Below, piece by piece: positions 1 to 13,063 of a stretch of DNA of 64,000 nucleotides (within the stretch, counting starts at the first letter, position 1; the number at the start of each line of letters is the position of its first letter). Source of the DNA: Octopus vulgaris (lineage: Eukaryota); NCBI GenBank assembly GCA_951406725.2, contig OX597817.1:88908001-88972000 (forward strand). Direction: 5' to 3'. Position numbers and translations under genes: made by a program. The notes beneath the pieces were generated by a model. It was not told the origin of the DNA. It ran no database searches and worked only from the letters and a program-made list of their open reading frames with translations.

Positions 1-293
1 CAATGGTGGTTCCAGAAATCCCGAGCCATAAACTACAGCCTAGAAGACGAGCCTCATCCTGAAAGATCTGTAGAACTCGACAAGGACATCCTGAAAACCC
101 TGGTGGAACAAAATATCATCGTAACTGTTGAGGAACTAGCAGAGAAGCTTGGATTTGGTCATTCAACCATTCATTGACACCTGTGTGCTATCGGAAAAGT
201 CAGCAAATTGGGTCAATGGGTTCCTCACGAACTTTCCGAGTCTAATTGCATGCAGAGAGTGAATGTATGCTTTTCTTTGCTGTCATATCTCAC
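1..293 (+). pseudogene. mariner transposase fragment (HTH region to WVPHEL), truncated by the window edge
   Basis: Frame 1 reads QWWFQKSRAINYSLEDEPHPERSVELD...VEELAEKLGFGHSTIH*HLCAIGKVSKLGQWVPHELSESN, with the WVPHEL motif and an in-frame stop. Confidence 0.85.
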
Positions 294-312
294 CACTACT
301 GCGCTATGTATA

Positions 313-949
313 TCTATATATATAAAACTGTAGTTGTGTGAGTGTCTGTCCCCTTCGATTTAGATTCCTAACTACTCCCACATTTTGCGGTACAGTTTAA
401 CCAAATTCGGGTAGCTTATAGTCGTGATTCATATCGAGCCCGTCTGAATATTAGCGCGCGTCTACGATGAGTCTACGATTTTAAAAATAATTTAACATCA
501 TTTTTTATTCCATTTTAATGCATAATTTTTCGTGTGTCGATGGCGGCGGAGCTGGCGTCCACGCTCACACCTGCACCTGTGGGGAAGGGAGTGTAAGGAA
601 ATCAACGTCGTAATGCGTTGTCAAGGAGACCAGTGTTCTTTTAGAACAACGACTTCATGGCTTGAAGACACCAAAACAGAAATGGCTAAGAAAGTGTCTA
701 CATGAGTCTACGATTTAAAAAAAAATTTACCATCGTTTTTTTTCCATTTTAATGCATTTTTTCGCTATTATATAAGGGAAGTAACTCTCTAAAAATGTCT
801 ACGATGAGTCAACGATTTAAAAAAAAATTTACCATCATATTTTTTCCATTTTTAATGCATTTTTTGCTATTTTTTGGCTATAACTCTCTAAAAATGCTTA
901 TATAGTTATTTCCCTTACAAACCCGAGCAACGCCGGGCGATACTGGTAG
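313..949 (+). mobile_element. non-autonomous Helitron-like element
   Basis: Starts A|TC, ends with hairpin cccgagcaacgccggg followed by GTAG|T (variant of CTAG). Contains three internal copies of a gtctacgatgagtctacgatttaaaaa subrepeat. A sister copy lies at 2216-2597. Confidence 0.75.
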
Positions 950-963
950 TATATATATATATG

Positions 964-1022
<59 letters not shown>

Positions 1023-1047
1023 TTATGCATGTAAGTGTATATATATA

Positions 1048-2596
1048 TCTCTTATTATAAAAGGCAGATTTTATCTGCCTCCCTTTGGGAGTTATACAAA
1101 TCTACAATATAGGATTTCTTTAATTACAATTTACCTTGCATTTTTAAGAGTACAATGCATTGCGTCATGCCAGGTCCAGTTTTTAAAATTTAAACTCCAA
1201 TTAAGCAAAATTTACAGAAAACTCACATTCTTGTGTGTGTGTCAAATGCTTTTCTTAGTCTGGTTTACACCACACGCAAACGCACACACACAGTGGGCAA
1301 CGAATAAAATGAAAGTAAATAGCGACAGAGTGATTTGAGGAAGCCTAAACTGAAAGTAATTAAACCACTACTCAAAAAATAAAAAAATACAGCAAACAGA
1401 AACAAATAAATACATAACCATTTAGTCCTCACACAATTTCTTCAATTAGAATTTACCTAAGATTTTTCAAAGTACTCCATTCGCTCATGCCATAATATAT
1501 TTCTTTCAATTTCACCCCCAATTAAGACAAAATTCGAGAAAACTCAATATTTTAACATATCACTCCGAAAGCATTGATGTACATGTGTGCTTGCGAGAGT
1601 GTGTGTGTGTCATTCCTCACACACACGCATACACATACATATACAACTACATACAACTACATACACATACAACTACATACAAACACGTGTGTGTTTGTTA
1701 TTAGTAAAAAAGGCGCAAAAACACAACTCACTTATCATTCCAACACATTTGCAAAGACACAGGGAGGACAGAAAAGGTAAATTGGTTTTTATTTTACTCT
1801 GTATATATTTTATTATATAATATTATATATAGATATATGTATACATAATTGCAGTATGAAACAGTGTTTATGTATAAACAGACGACACTTATATATAGTT
1901 ACCAAGCCGCCCGAATTTACCTATTCATATTTAAATGAGAATATCAGAGCAAATCTCTTTAGTACATTCGTGAAAACACGTATTATACTTCGTAAACACT
2001 TCAACTACAGTTTTGTACAAAAATCGAAGTGTAATTTTAATTCCGTGAATTATGGGAGATTTTTTTCCGAAATTTGTTCCTATTGTGTTTTCAAAATTTG
2101 TAATTCTGACAAAAAATGGATACGAATTTCATTATATCAAGCAGCGAGTCAGAATTCGAAGGATTTTCTACTGAAGACCTTCATAAATCTAACTCTATGA
2201 CTGAAAAAAAAAGCATCTTTATATAAGAGTGAAGTTGTGTGTCTGTCTCCTACGATTTCGATTCCTAACTACTCCCACATTTTGCGGTGCAGTTTAACCA
2301 AAAGCGGGTATCTTATAGTCGTGATTCATATCGAGCCCTTCTGGGTATTAGCGTGCGTCTACGATGAGTCTACGATTTAAAAAAATTTACCATCATATTT
2401 TTCCATTTTAATGCATTTTTTTCGCTTTTATATAAGGGAAGTAACTCTCTAAAAATATCTACGATGTGTCAACGATTTAAAAAATATTTACCTTAATTTT
2501 TTTTCAATTTTTAATGCATTTTTTGGCTATAACTCTCTAAAAATGCTTATATAGTTATTTCCCTTACAACCCGAGCAACGCCGGGCGATACTGCTA

Positions 2597-2597
<1 letters not shown>
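1048..2597 (+). mobile_element. putative composite Helitron (extra 5' segment joined to the 2216-2597 unit)
   Basis: A|TC start with hairpin aggcagattttatctgcct near 1062-1080. No hairpin-CTAG terminus was seen before the one at 2594-2597. Confidence 0.5.
2216..2597 (+). mobile_element. non-autonomous Helitron-like element, shorter sister of 313-949
   Basis: A|TC start, cccgagcaacgccggg hairpin, CTAG|T end; collinear with 313-949 but lacking its ~530-695 insert. Confidence 0.8.
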
Positions 2598-2643
<46 letters not shown>

Positions 2644-3601
2644 TAATGTGAAAACTAATTTGTGTGTCAGTGTGTCACACTTAGATCTCCTCTGTAACTA
2701 TTCAATGACACTCCTACTATTCCTCACGTTGGGGTGAGAGTAATAGTAGGCACAGAGACGGTTAGGGCGGTGGCGAAGACAAAGAGAGGGAGAGAGAGAT
2801 AGAGATAGAGAGAGGGAGAGAGAGAGAGAGAGAGAGAGACAAAGACATTTAGGGAGTGTTGATGATGCTTTTATTAAATGTATTAGTGTTGATTGTGGCA
2901 GAGGGAGTAATAATAACAGAGATAGGAAGAGTGAGTATGTGAGAGAAAGAGGGACTGAACACTGAAGTAACATGCTCAATTACATACTGAACGAACACAC
3001 ACATTTAGCCTTTTTGTGATGGTAATGGGGTGATAATAATAGTATATGCTGTAGTTGTGATAGAGGTGGAGGCGGCGCGATGATGGTGGTGGCGGTCAAG
3101 GAAGACGGTGATACTAAGCGATGTGAAAGTCAATGTGGTGGTGGTGGTGGGGAAGGCGGTGAATTCAAAGGTATTGATAGTGGAGGCGTCAGAAGTCTGA
3201 ATGGTGTGTGTATGGCAGTTGTGGTGGTGATGGTGGTGGTACTGGTGATGGTGATAGTTGAAAACAATCAACAGGTACTGACCCCCGAATAGGAAGACAA
3301 TAAATGTTGTTTATCATGCACCTTTGCAATAAGTTCCACGTCAGAAAATTATATCATTGCTTTGGTGAAAATTGCTTATTGCTTGAAAAATATTGTTGAA
3401 GTTTATTAAATTTAATATGTACGCAATGCATGAACTGTCATTGTTGGGCCCAAAACTCAATGTAGAGCTCTCCACAGGAGCTACCTCAACAGCCGCTTGA
3501 CAGGGCGGCTTTAAAGCTAGTATATAGATAAACAGGTTGCGAAGGGTATTTGAGGACAGTTTTGGTATACAATAAAACAATTATATTTCAGCATAAATAA
3601 G

Positions 3602-3652
<51 letters not shown>

Positions 3653-3775
3653 CAAATGATATATAAATACATGCATATATACATACGTATATATACATAC
3701 CTACATATATATGTATATATACATGTATATATGGGTAGAGGACATCAAAAAAAAAAACGTTGAACACAATGAGAA

Positions 3776-4105
3776 ATCGACTCCAGGACTTATTCTTTGT
3801 AAGCCTACTACTTATTCTATTAGACTATATTACCGAACCACTAAGTTACCAACGTCGGTTGTCAATCGAAGGTGGGAGGACAAACACAGACACCAAGACT
3901 CACACACACACACGCGCGCGCGCGCGCATATACATACGTACATAGATACATATATGCGACGAGCTTCTTTCAGTTTCCGCCTACCAAATCCACTCACAAA
4001 TTTTTGGTTGACCCGAGGCTAAAGTAGAAGTCACTTGCCCAAGATGACATGCAGTGGGACTGAACCCGGAACTATGTGGTTGGGAAGGAAGTTTCTGACC
4101 ATACC
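3776..4105 (-). mobile_element. tRNA-type SINE, family A (internal microsatellite), partial
   Basis: Reverse complement of the family A sequence (ggttccgggttcagtcccactgc...cttgggcaagtg...gatttggtagacggaaactgaaagaagc) seen many times in the window. Confidence 0.8.
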
Positions 4106-4339
4106 CTACTCAAATACATCCACACATATTCATATATGTTCAAAATGTGTGAAGTATCCATTAAAACCTACCAGTTCCTCTGAAGTACAGGCGTCGATTT
4201 AATTTACCACAAAATTACTACAAAATAGCAGCCGGCTAGGGGTGTAGGGTGAATATACAACCGCAGAAATCTTGTAATACCGAGGTATTGCCTATGTATA
4301 TATATATGTATGTATGTATGCATCTCTCTCTCTCTCTCC

Positions 4340-4423
<84 letters not shown>

Positions 4424-4987
4424 GTCTCCATATATTCATACGTGTGTACAGATGTGTGTGTGTGTGTTTGTGTATGCATATATATATATATGTATATATA
4501 CACACACATAATATATATGTGTGTTGTGTGTAAATGTGTGCGTAAGAGGTTGTATCCGTCCAGCCATCTATACACGCACACACAAACACACGTACGCACA
4601 CACATGCACACACACACACACAACACGCACACACACACATTCATTTATATACACACGTTGTAGCTGCATATGTCTTTGCTTGTCATTGTGCTTGTATGTT
4701 TGTGTTTACATACATATAAACATACATACATACATACATACATACATACATACATACATACATACATACATACATACATACATACATACATACATACATC
4801 ATTATGTACACAAGTACATATATGGAGTGTGAATGATTGTGTTTATATGTGAATAGATAAATATAGATTTATAGGTAGACGCTTCCTTTCCTACAGAAGT
4901 GTCAAAAAGATAGATTATGTCTTGAGTATAACTTCTCAGTCTTCAGGCGTCTGGAAATCTCGTAGCGAATTATTCAAATTTCTCTCT

Positions 4988-5036
<49 letters not shown>

Positions 5037-5379
5037 ACACACAACGATGAAGTTAAAAACGAACAAAATAATCCAGTGTGTATGTAAGTTAAAATAACTT
5101 TTAATAAATCGAGATACAATTGTTTCTCTCTAGACTGGTTATATTAATAAAAATACAAACAGATGCCTTGAAATTCTGATAATTAAAAAGAGGATTTTAA
5201 ATATACACTTATACAAACATGGAAAAACTTTTTCGAGAATCAGATCGCATGAGAGTGACTCATCATCAGGTGGGTCACACTAAAATTGGTCTCGCAGGCC
5301 GTTGCTGTACCATAACTGATTTTTATACTCGCAACTAGGAAGTCGTGAGGCACGGGATGTCAGTATCAAGTTGAAACTT

Positions 5380-6075
5380 GGCTGCGAGCATGCAGAACCA
5401 TTAGCAACCCGAGCAATAATGTTTAGCCGCATTTCGTCCTTCTTTACTTTTTGGTTTCAAATGCTGCCGGCCTCGATTTTGCCTTTCAGCCTTTCGAGAT
5501 GGATAAAATAAGTACAAGTTGAACGTTGGGGTCAATAAAATAAGTACCAGTTGAACACCGACGTTGCTGTAATCAACTTACCCCTCCCTCGAAATATTTG
5601 GCATTGTGCCAAAATTTGATACCAATATTAGGGTGAAACTGAAGGTAGCGAGCTGGTAGAATCGTTACCGCACCTGACAAAATGCTTAGTGCCATTTCCT
5701 TCAGCTTTATATTCTGAGTTCAAATTTTGTTTTCAACTTTTTGAGGTCGATAGCATGAGTGCCAACTGAGCAACTTGGTTGATATAATCGACTCTCACGA
5801 AATTCCAGGCTTTGCGCTCATAATAGAAAGAATATTTGGCTAAAACTCAATACTATACTCAACACGAAGGCAGCGAGCTGGAAGAATCGTTAGCACGCCA
5901 GGCAAAATGATTAGCGGTAATTTGTCCGATTTTACGTTTTGGATTCAAATTCCTTCGAGATCGACTTAGTCTTTCATCTTTCGGGGTCGTTAAAATAAGT
6001 ACCAGCTGAATGCTGGGGTCAATATAATCTACTAGACCCCTTCCTAAAATTTCAGGCCTTGTGAGAAAGGAATAT
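5380..6075 (+). mobile_element. three head-to-tail copies of SINE family B (MetaSINE-like core)
   Basis: Repeated head ggcagcgagctggcagaatcgttagcacgcc and core ctttcatcctttcggggtcgataaaataagtaccag. The third copy is flanked by a 15-bp direct repeat tatactcaacacgaa (5854-5868 and 6076-6090). Confidence 0.75.
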
Positions 6076-6138
6076 TATACTCAACACGAAAGTAGCGAGC
6101 TGGCAGGATAGTTAGCACGCCAGACTAAATATTTATAA

Positions 6139-6510
6139 AACCACATGGTTCCAGGTTCAGTCCCACTGCGTGGCATCTTGGGCAAATGTCTTCTATTATA
6201 GCCTCGGGCCGGCCAAAGCCTTGTGAGTGGATTTGGTAGTCGGAAACTGAAATAAGCCCGTCATATATATGTATATATAAATATTTGTATGTGTGTGTAT
6301 ATGTTTGTGTGTCTGTGTTTGTCCCACCCCAACATCGCTTGACAACCGATGCTGGTGTGTTTACGTCCCCGTAACTTAGCGGTTCGGCAAAAAAACCAAT
6401 AAAATAAGTACTAGGCTTACAAAAAATAAGTCATGGGGTCGATTTACTCGACTAATGGCGGTGCTCCAGTATGGCCACAGTCACATGACTGAAACAAGTA
6501 AAAGAGTAAA
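6139..6510 (+). mobile_element. SINE family A, 5' truncated
   Basis: Matches family A body and tail (ggcggtgctccagtatggccacagtcacatgactgaaacaagtaaaag). Confidence 0.85.
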
Positions 6511-6728
6511 TGCCTGGCGTGCTAACGATTCTATCAGCTCGCTACCTTCGTGTTGAGTATTTCGTCCGATTTTACGCTCTGAGTTCAATTTCTGTTGAGC
6601 TCGACTTTGCCTTTCACCCATTTGGAGTCGATAAAATAGTACCAGTTGAGCACTGGGGTCGTTGTACTCGACTTATTCACTCTCCCAAAATTGATGGTCA
6701 TATGTCAAAAATTCGAAACCATTATTAT
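6511..6728 (+). mobile_element. SINE family B copy with inverted head
   Basis: 6511-6559 is the reverse complement of target plus head; 6560-6728 is the forward body and core. Confidence 0.65.
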
Positions 6729-6855
6729 ACTCCACACTTATATCATGTATTGTGCACCAAATTGGAAAGTTGTCTACAAAGATTGAATCTAATCAAATAA
6801 AAACAACGCAATGTGTGCGTTTGTGTGTGAGTGTAAGCGTGTGTTAGTGTATGAG

Positions 6856-6936
<81 letters not shown>

Positions 6937-7401
6937 CTGTGTGTACGCGTGCATATGAGCACTAGTATGTGATCAAGGATGGATAATGTATTCAATAATG
7001 GAAGTAACTAGGAAGTTCTATTACGATCTTCGTACGGCCACTAAGAATGGAATATGAGACGTGTTTAGGAGAAACTGAATGGAAATATTTGAGTATATAG
7101 AAAAGCTAAGGCGGTTACTTGATGATGTTGCTAAGTGCTCATCCCTTCTCGATGTAGACCACTGGTTTGCTTTCGTGTCCTGATTCTTATTGGTATGTGC
7201 TTGATAACACACCTTGTTTCCAACCTGGTAATGTGTATGCTCAACCAAAAGGCTGATCGAAAGAAACTCTCGTTCGGAAGAGCAGCCCGTGTTTATCATA
7301 TACTTAAACAAAATACACACACCCACACACACACACACATGCACACTTACGCACATTTATGCGCGCAAACATAAATTTAGATGTATCTGTGCGCTTTGCT
7401 C

Positions 7402-7436
<35 letters not shown>

Positions 7437-7563
7437 GTAGATATACATGTATATATACGTATACATACATATATATATATGTATATGCAGTATGCATACA
7501 TAGCTATAAACATGTCTCTCTTTTCATTCTTTCTCTCTCTATATAAATACTCTCCGCACAGAC

Positions 7564-7628
<65 letters not shown>

Positions 7629-7739
7629 ATTGTGTGCGTGTGCGTGTGTGAGTGATTTATCAGTCTCTCTCTCTCTCCACTCACACACATGCACACACAG
7701 ACACACGTACATACATTCAAACATATATGCAACAGACAT

Positions 7740-8410
7740 TCATATGACCAGTGGCGCTGCCACAGTTCTAGACACATGTCATCTGCCGACGACAAACTAC
7801 TAATATATTGTATGATTTTAACATCCTCTAAACATACATGTACTGCAACTTCAGGAAATATCTCACCTTCCATCATTTTGAATTTTACTTTCGGTCGAGG
7901 TGTCAGGATTCATGGCTGAATATATTCGCTGAACTAATGTAGTCGATTCAATCTGGTTAACAGTTCTTACTCAAAATTTATTCACATATTCCTGTATTAG
8001 AAGAAAGTAACAATCACTACACATACCAAGAACACAGTCTTCTATTTCACTGCCTCTAACCTTGAACGACACGCACTTAAAACGTGTAAAGCAACTGTAG
8101 ATACTTACTTTGATAGAATATAATGATCTTTAGAAATTCTCTCTAAAGACACAACTTTTATCCTCAGAGCCAGAAAACCCTTCAGCTTTTTACACTCTAC
8201 GAAGCACATTCATATCTACAATGGAGTACTGCTATCATATCTGGGGAGATGTGTCTGCACATGTTCATGCTAACACCCTAGAGCGCAACCAAAAGAAAAG
8301 CATCATGTGTTTGACTGGCAGCTTTCTCACTGATGATCAAAATACTAAAAACTTCTTGCTCTTAATATTTTGTATGCGCCCTCTCTCCCTCCTATACAGA
8401 TTGGCAAAAA
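7740..8410 (+). pseudogene. highly decayed CR1/Jockey-group LINE RT C-terminal relic
   Basis: Peptides ..HMSSADDKLLIY.. and ..MEYCYHIWGDVSAH..LERNQKK resemble the ADD and (M/L)EYCSHIWG..LDRIQK motifs; many stops and frameshifts. Confidence 0.5.
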
Positions 8411-8421
8411 CTCACTGAGCC

Positions 8422-8520
8422 TCTCTCTCTATATAAATTTCTTTGTCTGTCTGTCTGTTTATCTGTCTGATTCCTATGCATTCTCAAACGGCTCCACCAA
8501 ATCAAATCTAATTTTTATTT
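8422..8520 (+). mobile_element. possible Helitron-like 5' terminus
   Basis: tctctatataaa followed by (gtct)n and aaacggct resembles the 5' ends at 313 and 2216; no 3' end located. Confidence 0.3.
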
Positions 8521-9769
8521 TCATTTGGATTGAAACAATATAACATTTTCTTGAAAATAATCTTTCTATAGTCATCTATAGTAACGGACATTTTAGTCGA
8601 CGACGACGTCACATTTTGTGTGTCTGTGCGTTCGTTAGTTACGAGATAGTAAAGGGCATTTTATACGACGACGACACATTTCTATCATTCTCTCTTCATT
8701 CTGTCAACCATTCTGTCTAGCATTTACCGTTGTAACGATGTCTGGTACCAAAAAAAATTATACAGCTACTTTCATTGTTTACAATGTTCTGTTACAATGT
8801 GTATTTGTTGTGTATCAGTAAATAACTATGGGTAAATATTTCAAAATAGGTCGTATCTCGGTGTGAAATAATTTTTTCCGCGAGTTTTTTTCAAGTGCAT
8901 TCAACGTATCTGGCCTCAAAACCCGCTGCAAGCCACTTTTTTTTTTCCAGAAAAGAAAGTGGGGTGGGGTCAAAAAATATTTCACAGTAAAATATCGGCG
9001 GGTCCTTTATCGCAAATAGCTGCTACGTGGTAGTAGATCGTGCTAGAAATAGCAACCAAATCTTTCCTTTTCTAGGGAAAGGAGCCATTTACGCGTGATT
9101 TCGATGTCATATTAGTTGAAAGTATGCCAAATAACTTGGAAAAGAAAAACAAAATCCTGCGAAACAAGACTCCGTTGGTGGGAAACTACGAGGTTGTCAC
9201 TACGCCTCCACCCCTTTCTTTTCTGGAAAAAATGGGGCTTGTGGCGGATGAATCCTAGAAGATCAACGGTCAGGACCATCAAGCTCTATCAAGAGGTGTC
9301 TACGGTTGTGTAATCAGCAAATGAAAATTCTCTATGACTCAAGTTCCCGACTCAAATTCATAAGGGAATTGGATGGCGACAGACAGTCATGGGAATCTGC
9401 GAAAGCAGCGAAAAAAACAAAACAAAAAGCAAAAAATAAAAGCCAGCACGCGCTTTCTCAAATTAAGCATTAACAGTATATATCGTATTTTATGACATAC
9501 AAGTCGAAGTTTTCTGACCAAATTTTACAACCAAACAAGGTAGTCGACTTATACACTTAGACGATTTTGGAGGACCCAAAATTCCGTGTGAAATGCAGCA
9601 GGATTTTGTGCAGATGTTAGAATGTTTACACGACATATTTACAATATATGCTACATCTATTTGAGTGTCGGTAATTATGGTAGCTCTTCAGGTTATAATG
9701 GTGTGAAAAGAGACTGAACACTAATTCTTTCAACTGACTAAGATAAAAACACATACGTATATGTACATA

Positions 9770-11049
9770 TCAGGTCATCCCATAAGTTCTGTCCGATTTA
9801 ATTTTTTTTAAAAAGTGAATGAAATTTAATAGTATTTTAGGATATCTAATGGAATTAAAAATTATTTTTATGCATTTGTGTACATTTAAACTAATTAAAT
9901 ATTATTTTACAGAATAATAGGATTAAAATTTCTTTGATTAAAACCCTTTCTAACATGGAAGTATCCAAAGAGCATTTGAGGCACATAATGCTTTATGAGT
10001 ATAAAAAAGGAAACTCTGCAGCCGAAGCGACTCGAAACATACGCTCAGTTTATGGGAAAGAATGCTTGAATGAAAGAACTTGCAGAAGATGGTTTGCAAA
10101 ACTCAGAAGTGGAGATTTCAGCCTTGAATATGAAGATCGAACAGAACGTCCAGTTGAGTTTAATGATAAGCTCCTTGAAGAAAATCCTGCATTATCAGTT
10201 GAGGAATTGGCAAAAAAGCTTGGTTCAAACCATACAACAGTTCATCATTATCTTCAATAACTTGGAAAGGTTCCTAACCTTGGAAAATAGATGCCTCATG
10301 AATTGTCCGAAAACAACTGCAAATCCCGAGTTGACATCTGCTCTTCTCTCCATTCTCGCGAACTCATTTCACATTTTTTGGATAGACTTGTGACTGGTGA
10401 CGAAAAATGGATCTTCTATCGAAATGTTAAACGTCGCAAACAGTGGCTTGGTAAAAGGGAAAAAGCTCAACCACAACCGAGAAGGGAAATTCATGGGAAA
10501 AGGTTCTTCTCTCTATCTGGTGGGATTGCAAAGGAGTAATTCACTTTGAATTGTTACCATCTAATACAACAATCAACGTTCAACTCTACTGTCAGCAATT
10601 AGAGCGTTTGAACCAAGCATTGAAGAAAAAAAGACCTGCTTTAGTGAATCGAAAAGGAGTGATGTTTCATCAGAACAATGCGCGACCCCACACTGCAAGG
10701 ATCACATCACAGAAGATCGAAGAGCTTGGTTAGGAAAAAATTCCTCATCCACCTTATTCTCCCGATCTTGCTCCTTCCGACTACCTTTTGTTTCGTAGTT
10801 TACAGAATCATTTGGGGGACATAACTTTCGCAAGCTGACATTCGCAAGGTCGAAACTGACATTTCAGAGTTCTTCGCTTTGAAACCAAAAGAGTTTTACA
10901 TTGATGGGATTACAAAGCTAGTAAATAGATGTAAGGAAGTCATAGATAATCAGGGAAAGTACATTGATGATTAAACTTCAATTAAATATAACATTTGATC
11001 ACTTGTTTTCTTTATTCAAAATTTGGACAGAACTTATGTGATGACCTGA
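9770..11049 (+). mobile_element. full-length (1280 bp) mariner DNA transposon, defective
   Basis: TIRs tcaggtcatcccataagttctgtcc / ggacagaacttatgtgatgacctga, TA on both sides, internal transposase. Confidence 0.95.
9955..10974 (+). pseudogene. mariner (DD34D-type) transposase pseudogene
   Basis: MEVSKEHLRHIMLYEYKKG..., K*MPHEL, LVTGDEKW, FHQNNARPH (second catalytic D appears as N), HPPYSPDLAPSDY; several stops and frameshifts. Confidence 0.93.
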
Positions 11050-11112
11050 TATATGTAAAGAGGCACACATATATACACACAGACACACATGCATCACCCC
11101 CCCCCCAAACAC

Positions 11113-11254
11113 AGGCGCAGGCGTGACTGAGTGATAAGAAATTTGTTTCTAGGTTCACTCCCTCTGCGTGGCACCTTGGCCAAGTGTCTTCTACTATATC
11201 CATGTGCTGACCAGAGCCTTATGGATTTTGTAGACGGAAAATGAAAGAAGCCTA

Positions 11255-11256
<2 letters not shown>
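11113..11256 (+). mobile_element. SINE family A head, ending in (CA)n
   Basis: aggcgcaggcgtgactgagtgataagaa...ctgcgtggcaccttggccaagtgtcttctactat. Confidence 0.75.
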
Positions 11257-11336
<80 letters not shown>

Positions 11337-11850
11337 GTATGTATATATATATTTATATTTATAGAAGCAAAAGATCTTGAGCCTTGTGGCCATAAATTTA
11401 ATGGATATGAAAGATTTCTTAATAATTTCAATAACTCAATTGAACTCTAATATTGATAATGCTCTAGAAATAGAGGTTAAATATTCATTCCATAATTTTA
11501 TTCCCTTCATTTAAATATTTTGGGTTTGTACTTATAAAAATAGTTCGTTGCTTCTGGGAGAGTTTCTTGTCTAGCCCACTGTGTTGTAAAACTTGAAATG
11601 TAGTTGTGTCTAATACTTATAATATCGAACAAATATGATAATGTGATCTGTGAGGGCAGCTTATATATTTTAAAGTCAGACTAAACTGTATTTATCGACT
11701 AATTGCATTTTTAATCAACATTGCCCCAGAGAAATTAATTTTAATATAAATACAATTTACATCAAATAAAACAGATATGAAATAAAAACAAATATCTTTG
11801 GAACGTAATTGATATTTTGTATATTTAAAAATCTTGTTTCTCTCCCTGCA

Positions 11851-11946
<96 letters not shown>

Positions 11947-12497
11947 GTCTGTCTGTCTGTCTGTCTATCTGTTTGTCTGTCAGTCTGTCTGTCTGTCTGT
12001 CTCTCTTTTTCTATCTCCTTTCGAATACCTGTTATTTCCTACAACCATTTAGTAATTAACTACGTGGTAGTTTTCAATGACGTAAGGAAATTTTTGTGCA
12101 ACCCTAAGCTATTCAGTGATATGAAGCTGATTGCAAAATAAATTACATTGTTGTTCTACTATAAAAGTTAGAAAAAATAAACGACAGTTTTGCAAATATG
12201 CGTGTAATTTTGTTTTGAATGTATCTCCATAAGACTATATTCTTGCTTATTTAGCTTTAATAATTATATCTAACTCTGGAAGAGAGTCTTGCATTTTAAA
12301 AAGTAAATGAGATATTCGATTTAATTGACTCCAATACGTTGCTGGTATATATTTTAACGACCCTGGAGGAATGCAAAGTAAAGGAGGTTTCGGTGTTATT
12401 TGAACAAAAACGTAATATAATGGAATTTATTGCAGGAAAGTATTTTTTCCTAGCATTCAGTCCATTTTGTTATTCGACTCACTTAATGAAAGTACCC

Positions 12498-12579
<82 letters not shown>

Positions 12580-12657
12580 ACAGACACACACACACAGATA
12601 CGCACTCGCGCACACACATTCATGTAAACACACATATATACATACTATACATGTGTG

Positions 12658-12701
<44 letters not shown>

Positions 12702-13063
12702 CTTCCACATACATACAAATACAAATCAACCGCCCACTGTAGTAGATGGATAATTTCACGTTCAACACTAGCTTTTTTACGACCATTTCTACGCCCTCTA
12801 GCTAATACAATTCTAGATCAAATTAAATGCAGTTAAAGTTCCTTACAAAAGACCAATGCTCTGTTACATTTTGAGAAATTATAATAGAAAATTGGTTGGT
12901 AAAAAATCTTGTGATAAAGTATCATAGATACAACTTTTAAGTACTATAGTTTTCTACTTAATTATTTCTGTCGAAATTTTTGTTGTAGAAAATTTAGGTG
13001 CCCAAATGTGAATAAAAGTTAAAGCTTGAAGTCATCATATCTCATGTTATCTTAGCAAGAAAA

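Noticed and set aside
5215-5275. Minus-strand CTGATGA...GAAA hammerhead-like motif
   Set aside because: Stem II is plausible but stem I does not close; too decayed to call.
5380-6728. Repeat-spacer appearance suggesting a CRISPR-like array
   Set aside because: The units are ~200-bp SINE copies of variable length in eukaryotic DNA; no cas genes are present.
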